A stretch of DNA of 64,000 bases from an uncultured Clostridiaceae bacterium (GCA_947381905.1 CANCXL010000009.1:63-64062), one strand, 5' to 3'. Shown: positions 39,396-50,200, counted from the first letter of the stretch. Numbers and translations are program-made. The notes: generated from the letters alone by a model not told the origin.

Positions 39396-40859
39396 TTATC
39401 CTAAATTCTTATCTGGCATTTCTTCAGCCAATTTTTTTACAATTTCCTTATCATCAAAATATAATTTTTTACCATTTTCTACTTCTTGGTATGTTTCATG
39501 GCCTTTTCCTGCAATAATTACCACATCACTTTTCCAAGCTATTCTCATAGCAAATTTAATTGCTTGTCGTCTATTTTCAATAGATTTATACAACCCTCTT
39601 GTTTGCTTAATTCCTGATTCTATATCTGAAATAATTTCTAATGGTTTTTCATCTCTTGGATTATCTGTAGTAATTACAGTAAAATCTGCAAGTCTTCCGG
39701 CAATCTCTCCCATCATTGAACGTTTTTCTTTATCTCTATTTCCACCACAACCAAATACGCATATGATTCTTCCTTTAGTATATTTCTTTGCAGAAGAAAG
39801 AATTGCTTCTAAACTTGAAGGTGTATGCGCATAGTCTATAATTACAGTAAATGATTTATTAAGTTCTACAACTTCATTTCTTCCTGGTACTCTAAGTGCT
39901 CCAAGTGCTGCACATATGGCATCCATTTGCGCTCCAAATAAACTGCAAACGCCTATTGCTGCAAGTGCATTATATACTGTAAATCTTCCAGGGATATTTA
40001 TTCTTATAGTCTCAAGTATTTTATTTACATACATTTTAAATTCAACATATGATGGATTAACTCTTATGTCTGTAGCAGTTAAATCTACTGAATTATCTAA
40101 GCCATATGTTGCCTTTTTTATATCTATCATTTTTAAAAGTCTAGGAGCATAAATATCATCACCATTTACAATTGCAAAATCTGACATAGTAAATAGTTTT
40201 GCTTTTGCATTTAAATAGTTATCCATTGTTTCATGAAAATCTAAATGATCTTCAGATAAGTTTGTAAATACTCCAACAATGAATCTAATTCCATATACTC
40301 TATTTAAATCTAATGCATGAGAGGATACCTCCATTACAACATACTCCATGTCTGCTTCGACCATTCTTGCAAGTAAAGCTTGAATGTCTAAAGACTCTGG
40401 TGTTGTTCTAATAGATTCTTCTTTTACATTACCATAAGTGTTGCATACAGTTCCAATCATTCCAATTTTTTTACCAGATGCAAGCATTATATCTCTTATC
40501 ATATATGCTGTTGTTGTTTTCCCCTTTGTACCTGTAACTCCTATTATTTTTAGTTTTCTTGCAGGATTTCCAAAGTATGTGGCAGACATTACAGCTAAAG
40601 CTATTCTGCTATCATCAACTTTAATATATGTTACTCCATCTACTTTTTCTATTTCACCTTGATATACTATAGCCACTGCACCATTTTTTATTGCATTGTC
40701 TATATACTCTCTACCATCTTCTTTATATCCACTAATTGCAACGAATATATCATTTTTTTCAATTTTATTTGAGTTATACTCAATCTTGTTTATCTCAATA
40801 TTTGTTTGACCTTCAATTTCAACATTTGTTAAATTTTCTAATAAATACTGTAAAAGCAT
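39396..40859 (-). CDS. murE: UDP-MurNAc-tripeptide synthetase (meso-DAP-adding)
   Basis: GVTGTKGKTT, MEVSSH, DYAHTP, DNPR, AGKGHE. Confidence 0.96.
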   Translation of the reverse strand: MLLQYLLENLTNVEIEGQTNIEINKIEYNSNKIEKNDIFVAISGYKEDGREYIDNAIKNGAVAIVYQGEIEKVDGVTYIKVDDSRIALAVMSATYFGNPARKLKIIGVTGTKGKTTTAYMIRDIMLASGKKIGMIGTVCNTYGNVKEESIRTTPESLDIQALLARMVEADMEYVVMEVSSHALDLNRVYGIRFIVGVFTNLSEDHLDFHETMDNYLNAKAKLFTMSDFAIVNGDDIYAPRLLKMIDIKKATYGLDNSVDLTATDIRVNPSYVEFKMYVNKILETIRINIPGRFTVYNALAAIGVCSLFGAQMDAICAALGALRVPGRNEVVELNKSFTVIIDYAHTPSSLEAILSSAKKYTKGRIICVFGCGGNRDKEKRSMMGEIAGRLADFTVITTDNPRDEKPLEIISDIESGIKQTRGLYKSIENRRQAIKFAMRIAWKSDVVIIAGKGHETYQEVENGKKLYFDDKEIVKKLAEEMPDKNLG

Positions 40860-40917
40860 AATAAGCCTCCATTCTGATTAATTATTATACCACATTAAAT
40901 GAGTACTTGCAAATGAA

Positions 40918-43098
40918 TTATGGTAACTCGCTTAAATCATCTACGCACTTAATAGTAACAATTGAACCAAGTTCGATTTCTTCATAAGGAGTTACATCTT
41001 GTGTAAGTGCAAATCCGGTTCCTTCAACTCTTACATTTAATCCAGCATTTCTAAATTGTTCTATAGCATAATTTACTGCTTGATTTCTAACATCTGGCAC
41101 TTGCGCATAAGAGCTCTGCTCTCCTTCTTTATATGTCATTATAACTGCTCCTGGTTCAAGAGAAGCTCCAGATTTAGGAACTTGTTTTGTAATAATAGTA
41201 TCTTCTGCAAATTCTCCACTATTATTAATAGTAAATCCACTTTCACCTGCAATTTCCATTGCCTCTTTATATGTTTTTCCTGTTAAATTTGGAACAATTA
41301 CTTCTTTGTTTTCTGTTTCTGATACTGTATAATCTGTTTGAACATCTAAATATTTTAGTGTTTCATCTACTATAGAGCCAACCACTGGTCCACAAAGAGT
41401 TGCTCCACCATGACCAGAAGGTCCTTTTGGATCATATAAATTCATTACAACTACTATTTCTGGATTACTTGCAGGGCCAATTCCAACAAATCCAGCTAAA
41501 TATTTAGTATTTTCCCCTCTTCCATTTTCTCCAGTAGCAGTCTTTCCTGCAATTTGATAATCTGAAATTTTAGCAGATTTTGCTGTACCTAAATTTACTG
41601 TATCAACTAGTGCACTCATAATATTAGATGCAGTTGTTTCTGACATAATTTGTTTTAAAACTTTAGATTCAATTTGTTCATCATAATTTCCTGTACCACT
41701 TTTAATTTCTCTTACAATATATGGTTGAACTAAATAGCCACCATTTGCAACAGCACAATAGTTTACAGCAGTTTGTAAAGTTGTTATCTGTATTGTTTGA
41801 CCAAAAGATGATGTTGCAAGGTCAACCTCTGACATAGCATTTTCATTGTGCATTATACCAGTAGCTTCACCTGGTAAATCTATACCTGTTTTAGAATCTA
41901 AATTAAAAGCTCTAATATATTTCATAAAAGCAGGAATTCCCATTCTTTGAGACACTTGCATAAATACAGGGTTACATGAATTCATAATTCCTTCTCTTAA
42001 AGATTCTCCACCATGAGGATTATAATATCTCCAACATTTTATATCCCATGTACCAACTTTTACATATCCAGAACAATAAAAGACCTTATCATCTATATTT
42101 ACTATATTTTCTTCAAGAGCTGCAACAGATGTTATTAACTTAAAAGTAGAACCTGGTTCTTGAGTATCAGATATTGCCTTATTTCTCCACATTTGATTTA
42201 GTGCATCGCTTCTATCTTTTGAAGACATACTATCCCATGCATCTTTTAATTCTTGTGTATTTGGAGTAAATGGCTCATTTGGATCATATGTAGGATAGTT
42301 TGCCATAGCAAGCACTTCTCCAGTTGATGGTCTCATTACAACAATACTTCCATATTGAGCAATATTTTCTTCTACTGCTTTACTTAAGTATTTTTCTATA
42401 ATAGATTGAATTGTTGCGTCAACAGTAAGAACTAAATCTTTTCCTTCTTCTGCAGCAATATATTGTTCTTGAGTAAATGGAGTCTCTCTTCCACCACCAT
42501 CAAAGCTTGCAACAATCTTTCCTGGGTTTCCAGATAAACTACTATCATAATATGCTTCAATTCCAGATAATCCTTGATTATCTGTTCCAACAAATCCTAA
42601 AACATGAGAAAGCAAAGTGCCATATGGATATACTCTTAACATATCTTCATCTACACTTATACCTTTTATATCATTTTTATTTAGATACTCTAATACTTTT
42701 TCTGCTTTTGCTTGGTCAACTTTTGTAGCTATAGTTACACTTGATACATTTTTCTTAAGTCTTTCAAGAATTTGAGCCTCATCTTTTTCTAATATTTGAG
42801 ATAAATTTTGGGCAATTGACTCTTTCTTACTTTTATCTACACTATTAGGTACTGCTGTAATTATATTAGTAGATATACTCTGTGCAAGAACTCTTTGACC
42901 AGTCGTATCGTATATTGTACCACGTCTTGCTTCAACATTTTTACTACGTGTTTGTTGAGTATAAGCTTTTTGTGAATAATATTCTGCTTTTACAACTTGA
43001 ATGTATATAAATCTTCCAAATAAAACTACAATACCAAGTGCACATACTGCAAGCATTAACAATACTCTCTTCTTAGTATTTAGGCTAACATATGCCAC
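40918..43098 (-). CDS. Class B PBP with two PASTA domains (SpoVD/FtsI-like); start probably GTG at 43098
   Basis: RRGTIYD, R.YPYG, G..GIE, EPGSTFK, SCN, KTA (see findings). Confidence 0.9.
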   Translation of the reverse strand: MAYVSLNTKKRVLLMLAVCALGIVVLFGRFIYIQVVKAEYYSQKAYTQQTRSKNVEARRGTIYDTTGQRVLAQSISTNIITAVPNSVDKSKKESIAQNLSQILEKDEAQILERLKKNVSSVTIATKVDQAKAEKVLEYLNKNDIKGISVDEDMLRVYPYGTLLSHVLGFVGTDNQGLSGIEAYYDSSLSGNPGKIVASFDGGGRETPFTQEQYIAAEEGKDLVLTVDATIQSIIEKYLSKAVEENIAQYGSIVVMRPSTGEVLAMANYPTYDPNEPFTPNTQELKDAWDSMSSKDRSDALNQMWRNKAISDTQEPGSTFKLITSVAALEENIVNIDDKVFYCSGYVKVGTWDIKCWRYYNPHGGESLREGIMNSCNPVFMQVSQRMGIPAFMKYIRAFNLDSKTGIDLPGEATGIMHNENAMSEVDLATSSFGQTIQITTLQTAVNYCAVANGGYLVQPYIVREIKSGTGNYDEQIESKVLKQIMSETTASNIMSALVDTVNLGTAKSAKISDYQIAGKTATGENGRGENTKYLAGFVGIGPASNPEIVVVMNLYDPKGPSGHGGATLCGPVVGSIVDETLKYLDVQTDYTVSETENKEVIVPNLTGKTYKEAMEIAGESGFTINNSGEFAEDTIITKQVPKSGASLEPGAVIMTYKEGEQSSYAQVPDVRNQAVNYAIEQFRNAGLNVRVEGTGFALTQDVTPYEEIELGSIVTIKCVDDLSELP

Positions 43099-43188
43099 AA
43101 AATTCACCTCTTTTCTTAAAAAATAAAAGCCAAGACAAATCAAGTCCTACTACATAATACTTAAAATTTGCCTTGGTTATTCATAAAT

Positions 43189-43692
43189 TTACAAAAATAT
43201 TCCTTTAATATAATTAATTATTTTTTCCATAAAAGTAGTTTCTTGATTTACCTGTATTTTATTAATAGACTCTGATGTATCAATATATACTGTTTGACTA
43301 CCATCTGCTTTCTTCATTCCTAGCTGTTGTTTAGCATAAGCCTCTATTGCATTTAAGTCTGTATTTTGATCAACAGCTATTTGCGAAGTAGCAGCCTCAG
43401 ATGCTACTATTTCTAAATTATTAATTAATTTTTGTACTTCTAAATTTTTTTCGTTTATTAAACTATATCTATAAATTATAGTCACTGACATAGCAAAAGC
43501 ACAAAGTATAAATGCAACCATAGAAGCATTTTTTCTTCTTTGTTCTTGTTGTCTCTTTATTTCATTTTTTCTAGAGACAGGTCTTCTTACAGCAGTATTT
43601 GTTTTTCTTCTAGGTAGTTCTTCTTTAGGTAATATTTTTCTTGCTGCAGAGCCATTTTCATAATACATATTATTAATCTTTCTGGCTGGCAT
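43189..43692 (-). CDS. ftsL: Cell division protein FtsL-like
   Basis: Single TM, coiled coil, IE..AK.QLGM; between rsmH and the PBP. Confidence 0.75.
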   Translation of the reverse strand: MPARKINNMYYENGSAARKILPKEELPRRKTNTAVRRPVSRKNEIKRQQEQRRKNASMVAFILCAFAMSVTIIYRYSLINEKNLEVQKLINNLEIVASEAATSQIAVDQNTDLNAIEAYAKQQLGMKKADGSQTVYIDTSESINKIQVNQETTFMEKIINYIKGIFL

Positions 43693-43749
43693 CTATACTT
43701 TCACCTCTTTTCTTATATACCATTTTTACTACGTCAATAACTACATTTA

Positions 43750-44688
43750 TTATTTTATAATTCTCTCAAAAACACGAAGCTTTGCACTTCTTGCTCTTGG
43801 ATTTTCTTCTAGTTCTTTATCATTTGATATTATAGGTTTTTTTGTTACAATTTTCCCATACGATTTATAGTTGCAAACACACACTGGGAAGTCTTTTGGA
43901 CAAGTGCATCTTCCTTCCATTTCCTCATATGCATGCTTAACTATTTTATCTTCCAAAGAATGAAAGGTTATTATACATAGTCTTCCATTATTATTTAAAG
44001 ATAAAATACTATCTATAACAGCTTGTTTTAATTTTTCAAGTTCTTGATTTACCTCTATTCTTATAGCTTGAAACACTCTTTTTGCTGGATGTTGTTTTTC
44101 ATTTAAAGCTTTACCAGGCATTGCAGACTTAATTACATCTACAAGTTCAAAAGTAGTCTCAATTGGAGACTCTTCCCTTCTTTGGCAAATTTTCCTTGCA
44201 ATTGATCTTGAATATTTCTCTTCGCCATAATCTGTAAATATCCTAAATAACTCTTCTTCACTATATTTATTTACTACATCATATGCAGACATTTTATCTT
44301 CTCTGTTCATTCTCATATCTAGTTTAGCGTCATGCATATAACTAAATCCTCTATCTGCCTCATCTAATTGATATGATGAGACTCCAAGATCTAGTAATAT
44401 TCCATCTACACCATAAACTTGCAATTCTTTTAAAATATTAATTATATTTGCATGATTATCATGTACTGTTTTAAAATTAGAAAACTCTGATAGCTTTGCT
44501 GTTGCTGCTTTAAGCGCATCTGTATCTCTATCTATACCAATAAGCATTCCTGTATTATTTAGGGACTTTAGTATGTGATATGAATGTCCTCCACCACCTA
44601 AAGTTCCATCTACATATATGCCATCTTGTTTTATATTTAAATTTTCTATACATTCGTCTAATAATACTGATTTGTGTTTAAATTCCAT
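43750..44688 (-). CDS. rsmH: 16S rRNA m4C1402 methyltransferase
   Basis: H.SVLL.E, DGTLGGGGHS, DLGVSS.QLD..RGFS, FQAIRIEVN.EL, NPRARSAKLR. Confidence 0.98.
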   Translation of the reverse strand: MEFKHKSVLLDECIENLNIKQDGIYVDGTLGGGGHSYHILKSLNNTGMLIGIDRDTDALKAATAKLSEFSNFKTVHDNHANIINILKELQVYGVDGILLDLGVSSYQLDEADRGFSYMHDAKLDMRMNREDKMSAYDVVNKYSEEELFRIFTDYGEEKYSRSIARKICQRREESPIETTFELVDVIKSAMPGKALNEKQHPAKRVFQAIRIEVNQELEKLKQAVIDSILSLNNNGRLCIITFHSLEDKIVKHAYEEMEGRCTCPKDFPVCVCNYKSYGKIVTKKPIISNDKELEENPRARSAKLRVFERIIK

Positions 44689-44713
44689 TTTTACCTCGTT
44701 TTAATACTGTATT

Positions 44714-44906
44714 GAACAAAAGTAACAAATAAATTTGTTACGCTCAAAAACTATAAGATAGTTTTGTTTTTTTATTAAGATGTTGTATTTAAGTTTCCAC
44801 CTAAATATTTAGGCCACCCTTTTCTTAATTGGTCGTTGTTCTCGACCATTATCCATCGCTATTTCTAGGTTTGGGTTACTATCTAGATATAGCATTATCA
44901 GCTGAT
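44714..44906 (-). ncRNA. Putative ~195-nt structured non-coding RNA, copy 2
   Basis: Reverse complement matches 13202-13395 (one mismatch in the first ~139 nt); own promoter and SOS box GAACAAACGTTTG at 44925-44937. Confidence 0.7.
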
Positions 44907-45028
44907 TTACACATTATATATCAAGAACAAACGTTTGTAAATATTTTCACTTTATTTTCTACCACTTTTCGTCGCATTTTCCGACAAAAAATCGTTTTTT
45001 CCTAATATCTAAAAAACTATAAAAATTT

Positions 45029-45152
45029 ATCTTTTGTTTACTTATTCTTTTATCATTTGTTTACTATTTATTTTTATCTTTTGTTTATTTTATTCTTTTT
45101 CTTTTGTTTTCTTAATTTTCATCCTTTGTTTATTATTTTCTTCATTAGTTTA
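45029..45152. repeat. Six degenerate 12-bp repeats (WTCHTTTGTTTA-like) at 20-24 bp spacing
   Basis: Copies start at 45029, 45052, 45076, 45099, 45121, 45141. Confidence 0.6.
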
Positions 45153-45157
45153 TATAT

Positions 45158-45589
45158 CTAAATGCCTAGACTAGACATTTGAGACGCAATTTTTGAAACA
45201 TCAAGAGAATCTGAGGCAGTATAATTTTTCCAGTTTTGACTATCCCATATTTCTGCTCTGGTTGCAACTCCTACTATTACTACATCTTTTGTTATATTTG
45301 CATATTCTCTTAATACTTGTGGTATATTAATTCTTCCTTGTTTATCTACTTCACATTCAGTAGCACCAGCAAAGAAAAATCTCATAAAGCTACGTGCATC
45401 TTGATTTGTTAGAGGCAATTGTTTTAGCTTATTTTCAAATGTTTCCCATTCTGTTTTTGAATACATAAACAAGCAGTTATCTAAACCTTTTGTTACAACA
45501 AACGACTGCCCTAAATCTTCTCTAAACTTAGATGGAACACTTACTCTTCCTTTTACATCTACATTGTGTCTATACTCACCAAGTAACAT
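45158..45589 (-). CDS. mraZ: Transcriptional regulator MraZ (start at ATG 45589)
   Basis: [30 protein letters not shown]. Confidence 0.97.
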   Translation of the reverse strand: MLLGEYRHNVDVKGRVSVPSKFREDLGQSFVVTKGLDNCLFMYSKTEWETFENKLKQLPLTNQDARSFMRFFFAGATECEVDKQGRINIPQVLREYANITKDVVIVGVATRAEIWDSQNWKNYTASDSLDVSKIASQMSSLGI

Positions 45590-45605
45590 TTGCCTCACCT
45601 CTTTT

Positions 45606-45629
45606 CCACAGTTTACCACTGTATACCAC
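45606..45629 (-). promoter_or_regulatory. MraZ binding repeats
   Basis: Three GTGG on the minus strand at exact 10-bp period, just upstream of the mraZ RBS. Confidence 0.8.
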
Positions 45630-45976
45630 TTTACACTTATTCTATTATAAAGAATTGGAAAAATCAATACTTTCAAAAGAAAAAATATGAAAAAAATAGC
45701 AAAACAGAGGGCTATTGGAAAGCTACAGGTTTACTTAATTAGTCGAAAATCTAACTATGTTTTTGTTACATACTGATATTTCAAAATCAAGAACAAATTT
45801 TATTAACTCTTAAAATTTGATTTTTAGTTGAATTTAAATCAACATAAAAATGTAGTCTTATAGTAACTCTTTTGAGATGTCTAAAAATAAAATTATTGTA
45901 CTTTTATATGTAAAAAAAGTACAATAATTTTAGTAACATTTATATTAAATTATTATTTCAAATTAATTACGCAGTT

Positions 45977-47098
45977 CTATTTATTAAGCATTTTCAAGCT
46001 TTTATGAATATAATATGCAATTGTATCCATTTCATAAATTGTGTTATCTTTAGATAATGAAATTCTAATTGCGCTACTTTCTTTTCCTATTGCTTTTAAT
46101 ACATGTGATATATCCTCAACATTAGAATTACAAGCACTTCCGCTTGACACACATATCCCATTCATTTCTAAATATAGTTTTAAATCTTCTGCATTAATTC
46201 CGTCAATATAAAAATTAAGGTTACTATTTATTCTCTCTTTCATAGTACCATTTATACTAAATCCATCAATGTCTTTAAGTTTAGATAGTAAATAATCCCT
46301 TAATTTTCTTTCTTTGCCATTATATTCACATAAGTTTTTATTTGTAATTATTAAAGCTTCAGACATTCCAACTATCCCAGCAACATTTTCTGTAGCTGGT
46401 CTTAGTCCATTTTCTTGATGTCCACCAAAAGTAATATTTTCTATACTAGTGCCCTTTTTTAAGTATAATGCTCCAACACCTTTTGGGCCATTAAATTTAT
46501 GTGCTGATATGCTTAAAGCGCCATACTTTGATGCATCTATTTTAATATGTGGTGCACCTTGTACAGCATCAGTATGAAATATAATATCATTATCTCTTGC
46601 AATTTTTGCAATCTCATCTATTGGTTGAATTGTGCCTATTTCATTATTTACCATCATAATACTTATTAATATCGTATCTTCTCTTATAGCTTTTTTAAGC
46701 ATTTCAACATTTACAATACCATTTTCATTAACATCTACATATGTAACATCAAAGCCTTCTTTTTCTAACTGTTTACATGTATTATACACTGCAAGATGCT
46801 CAAATTTAGAAGTAATTATATGTCTTCCTTTCTCTTTATTTGCTCTTGCCATTCCAAGTAAAGCAAGATTATCTGCCTCTGTTCCAGAGCCAGTAAAAAT
46901 TATTTCTTCAGGAGAAACATTTAAACAACTAGCAATATTCTTTCTTGCTATTTCTATAGCTTTTTTAGACACTTTTCCAAGTTCATAAGGTGTTGATGCA
47001 TTTCCATAGCAATCTTTTAAATATGGTATCATTTTATTTAAAACAAAAGGATTCAATTTCGTTGTAGAACTATTATCTACATAAATGTAATTATTCAT
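45977..47098 (-). CDS. Cysteine desulfurase (IscS/NifS family)
   Basis: GTEADN, NNEIG, HTDAVQ, SAHKF.GPKG, SSGSAC. Confidence 0.95.
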   Translation of the reverse strand: MNNYIYVDNSSTTKLNPFVLNKMIPYLKDCYGNASTPYELGKVSKKAIEIARKNIASCLNVSPEEIIFTGSGTEADNLALLGMARANKEKGRHIITSKFEHLAVYNTCKQLEKEGFDVTYVDVNENGIVNVEMLKKAIREDTILISIMMVNNEIGTIQPIDEIAKIARDNDIIFHTDAVQGAPHIKIDASKYGALSISAHKFNGPKGVGALYLKKGTSIENITFGGHQENGLRPATENVAGIVGMSEALIITNKNLCEYNGKERKLRDYLLSKLKDIDGFSINGTMKERINSNLNFYIDGINAEDLKLYLEMNGICVSSGSACNSNVEDISHVLKAIGKESSAIRISLSKDNTIYEMDTIAYYIHKSLKMLNK

Positions 47099-47218
47099 TT
47101 TTTCACCTCCTACTTTATTTTATGAATAATAGTTCAATGATGAAACTGCAATGTATTTTAGGATAAAATAAATCTCAAATGATAGTATTACTTTTCATTT
47201 GAGATTTATTATATTTTT

Positions 47219-49282
47219 TTAATTTATATCCATATCATATTCTTCATATTCTACTTGATCGATTTTTTTGTTTTGATATCTTTCTCTATCAATTACAACA
47301 ATTGGAATACCTAATCTTTTGCTTTCTTCAAGCTGCTCCTTTTTTAGCTCGTCCATGCATACCATGTATGACGGTTTCTTCTCTTCATATAGTTCTTTTG
47401 GTATACCTTCTATTTTCTTATTTTTTATATTTATTTCGCTATAACTACTACTAGATTCAGTTATTTCTTCTTTTGTCATAATTCTATTTGGTCTTGTTGT
47501 AATATTGCTATCTGAAATTGTATATGAATCACTCTCAAATACATTTTCTATCATATTCGGATCAATCGAGTCATATCCATAAATATATGCTTCATCATTA
47601 TATGTTTTAGGATTAGTTCCAGATATCAAACTATAACAACTATGTGCATTAAGTGTTGTTTCTTTCATTGGTCTATCAAGAGCTCTAACAAGCATATAAA
47701 ACTGGTCACCTTTTAGTTTAAATACAGCAGAATTATTTAAGTTAGTATCGCTTTCTGATAAATCTTTTTCATTTTCTAAAGGATTATATAACGCTTTACT
47801 TATTTCCTCATATGATTTACTTTTTAATTTTGAAAAATCACTATAAAGTTCAGACATCATATTTTTATCCTTTAGCTGATTATATAATTCATATTTCTCA
47901 TTTCCACCCAAAGCATCAATATTAGAGATTTTATCATATATTTCTTGTTTTTGTTGTCCTATTACTTTCTCTTTATCTTCTAATTTGTCATTATATCTCT
48001 TCATTTCATTGATATTAATTTTAACATTTTTCTTTGTATCCTTAAATAATGAATCTACGCATACTTCTCCTAATTTTTGACTTGAAAGCTCTTGTAATTT
48101 GGTTCTATATTCATTAAACTCTTCTTGTCTTACATCTTTAAATACAGCATATTCTCTTTTTAAATCGCTTAATGTCTTTCTTAAGCTTTCATCATCTGTG
48201 ATATCGTCAATTTCTACATTTTCCAAATCATCTACTTCAATGTTTAAATTAAATCTTTGTTTTAATGCTTTGTTTGCATTGCTTTTTCTTTCATCTAAAT
48301 CTTTCTTTAGTTCATAATACTTACGTATATTTTTTTTAGCATCATAGTCCATTAAGAAATTATCTTTTTCTTGAAGTAAATCATCTATATTTTCAATATT
48401 ATCTATATCATATGATTCAAATATTCCTTTTTCTGGATTAAAACTTGAAATTATATCATTTTCATATTTTTCAACTTTATTTTCAAGTATTAATGAATAA
48501 CTATTTCTATTTATCATATTTATATTTCTTCTAAAATCAACCATATTACTAGATTTAACTTGTTCAAAAAATTCTTTTCTTCTTACTATATCTGATGGAA
48601 ATGATATTCCTCGTCTTGCAAGATTCATGACACCAATATCTGCATATTTATATATGGCTTTAGGATCTAAATTAATATATTCTTGTACTATTTCATTGCT
48701 CGAATTGTTTACATTAGAATAGAAAATTTCATCGCTATACTCTTCCTTTAATATCTTTTTTCTATCTTCATCATTTAATGCTGATGTTAAATATTTTTTA
48801 TTAGGTATTTCTTCATCTTCTAAACTCTCTATTTTTTCAATTAATTTCATCATCTTTTGAGAACTATCATTTGAAATAACGCTAAAGTTCTTATCTAAAT
48901 TCTCCATAAAAAGTTTTCTATAATTTTCATCTTCAATAACTTTGTCTAATAAGTTATCATTAAAACTATCACTAGATATATCATTATTTTCAAGTAAGGT
49001 GGTAAAATATACACTCATATTATCATTGCTTGAAGCCGATATTTTCTCTATATCTAAATTTTCTAAACAATAGTCTATTCCAACAGTGCTTACTAGACTT
49101 CTCATAACATTATATGTTATTCCATTTTTGCTAAATTCATCATATAGTGCCTCTTTAAATTTATCACTAGCTAAAATTTCATTTCTATTCTCATTTTCTT
49201 TAATTTTGTCAATTATATCTGTAATATTTCCTGATTTCAAGATCTCTTCTATATTCATACAGCTATCCCTTTTTAACCTCAA
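47219..49282 (-). CDS. Large hypothetical protein
   Basis: 687-aa ORF, helical N-terminal part, globular C-terminal domain. Confidence 0.75.
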   Translation of the reverse strand: MRLKRDSCMNIEEILKSGNITDIIDKIKENENRNEILASDKFKEALYDEFSKNGITYNVMRSLVSTVGIDYCLENLDIEKISASSNDNMSVYFTTLLENNDISSDSFNDNLLDKVIEDENYRKLFMENLDKNFSVISNDSSQKMMKLIEKIESLEDEEIPNKKYLTSALNDEDRKKILKEEYSDEIFYSNVNNSSNEIVQEYINLDPKAIYKYADIGVMNLARRGISFPSDIVRRKEFFEQVKSSNMVDFRRNINMINRNSYSLILENKVEKYENDIISSFNPEKGIFESYDIDNIENIDDLLQEKDNFLMDYDAKKNIRKYYELKKDLDERKSNANKALKQRFNLNIEVDDLENVEIDDITDDESLRKTLSDLKREYAVFKDVRQEEFNEYRTKLQELSSQKLGEVCVDSLFKDTKKNVKININEMKRYNDKLEDKEKVIGQQKQEIYDKISNIDALGGNEKYELYNQLKDKNMMSELYSDFSKLKSKSYEEISKALYNPLENEKDLSESDTNLNNSAVFKLKGDQFYMLVRALDRPMKETTLNAHSCYSLISGTNPKTYNDEAYIYGYDSIDPNMIENVFESDSYTISDSNITTRPNRIMTKEEITESSSSYSEINIKNKKIEGIPKELYEEKKPSYMVCMDELKKEQLEESKRLGIPIVVIDRERYQNKKIDQVEYEEYDMDIN

Positions 49283-49288
49283 AAATTA

Positions 49289-49957
49289 CTAAAATTCTAT
49301 TATTTTCGCACTACCATCTAGTTTAATACCAACAAAGCCACTACGCTCTGAGCCATCATTTTTTATTATAACTTTAGAAAGTTTTATATATCTATCATTA
49401 TTTAATGTTTTAATATTAAAAGATCCATTTAATATATCTGCAATCGTTACATATTTTATAGCTCCATCATTCATTAACATAACTACTTTTAAATCACTTG
49501 AAGCTTTCCCATCAATACCTATTTTTACATCTACAATTTTATTATTAAATCCAACTAAAGTTTTAGATATATCTTCACCATTATATCCATATATTAGACT
49601 TGCCATCTTGCTATCCATTGTAATATACACATTATTTTCTATTGTATCAACAGATGCATTTATTGTTCCATTATCTTCTGATATATCCTCAATTATAGTT
49701 TCATTTTCTTTCTTATTTTCAATTTTAGACTCATCAAAAATATAATTTAAAGAAATATTCGAGTCTTTACTATCATCTTGTATATTTTCTATTGTATCAT
49801 TTAAAGTATTAATAGTATTCTTTAAGTCTTCGTTTTCTTGATTTAATTTTATTATTTCGTTATTTTTTTGAACTATCTTATTTCCGCAAAATATAACACT
49901 CATTACAAGAGCAATTACTATTATAACTAGAACCAATATTGAAATGTATCTTTTCAT
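49289..49957 (-). CDS. Hypothetical membrane-anchored protein
   Basis: N-terminal TM plus coiled coil. Confidence 0.7.
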   Translation of the reverse strand: MKRYISILVLVIIVIALVMSVIFCGNKIVQKNNEIIKLNQENEDLKNTINTLNDTIENIQDDSKDSNISLNYIFDESKIENKKENETIIEDISEDNGTINASVDTIENNVYITMDSKMASLIYGYNGEDISKTLVGFNNKIVDVKIGIDGKASSDLKVVMLMNDGAIKYVTIADILNGSFNIKTLNNDRYIKLSKVIIKNDGSERSGFVGIKLDGSAKIIEF

Positions 49958-49969
49958 ATTACCACCCCA

Positions 49970-50200
49970 TTAATTAAATATTTTTTCTAAATCTTCATCA
50001 GACATTTGATTTACATCTTTTTTTTCGTCATATTCTGGTTTTTCTTCATTTTCTTGTTGTTTTATAACTTGTGTATGTTTTACATCTATATCTATTTTTT
50101 CTTTTTTATTACTAATTATTGCAATTGACACAGCAGCACCTAAAGATACAACTATAATGATAATACATATAATTAATACTATTTTATTTTTCTTATCCAT
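49970..50200 (-). CDS. Small hypothetical membrane-anchored protein
   Basis: AGGAGGAG RBS, single TM. Confidence 0.65.
   Translation of the reverse strand: MDKKNKIVLIICIIIIVVSLGAAVSIAIISNKKEKIDIDVKHTQVIKQQENEEKPEYDEKKDVNQMSDEDLEKIFN

Noticed and set aside
33890-45589. Absence of murF, murD, ftsA and ftsZ from the dcw cluster
   Set aside because: Fragmented dcw clusters are common in Clostridia; these genes may lie outside the window
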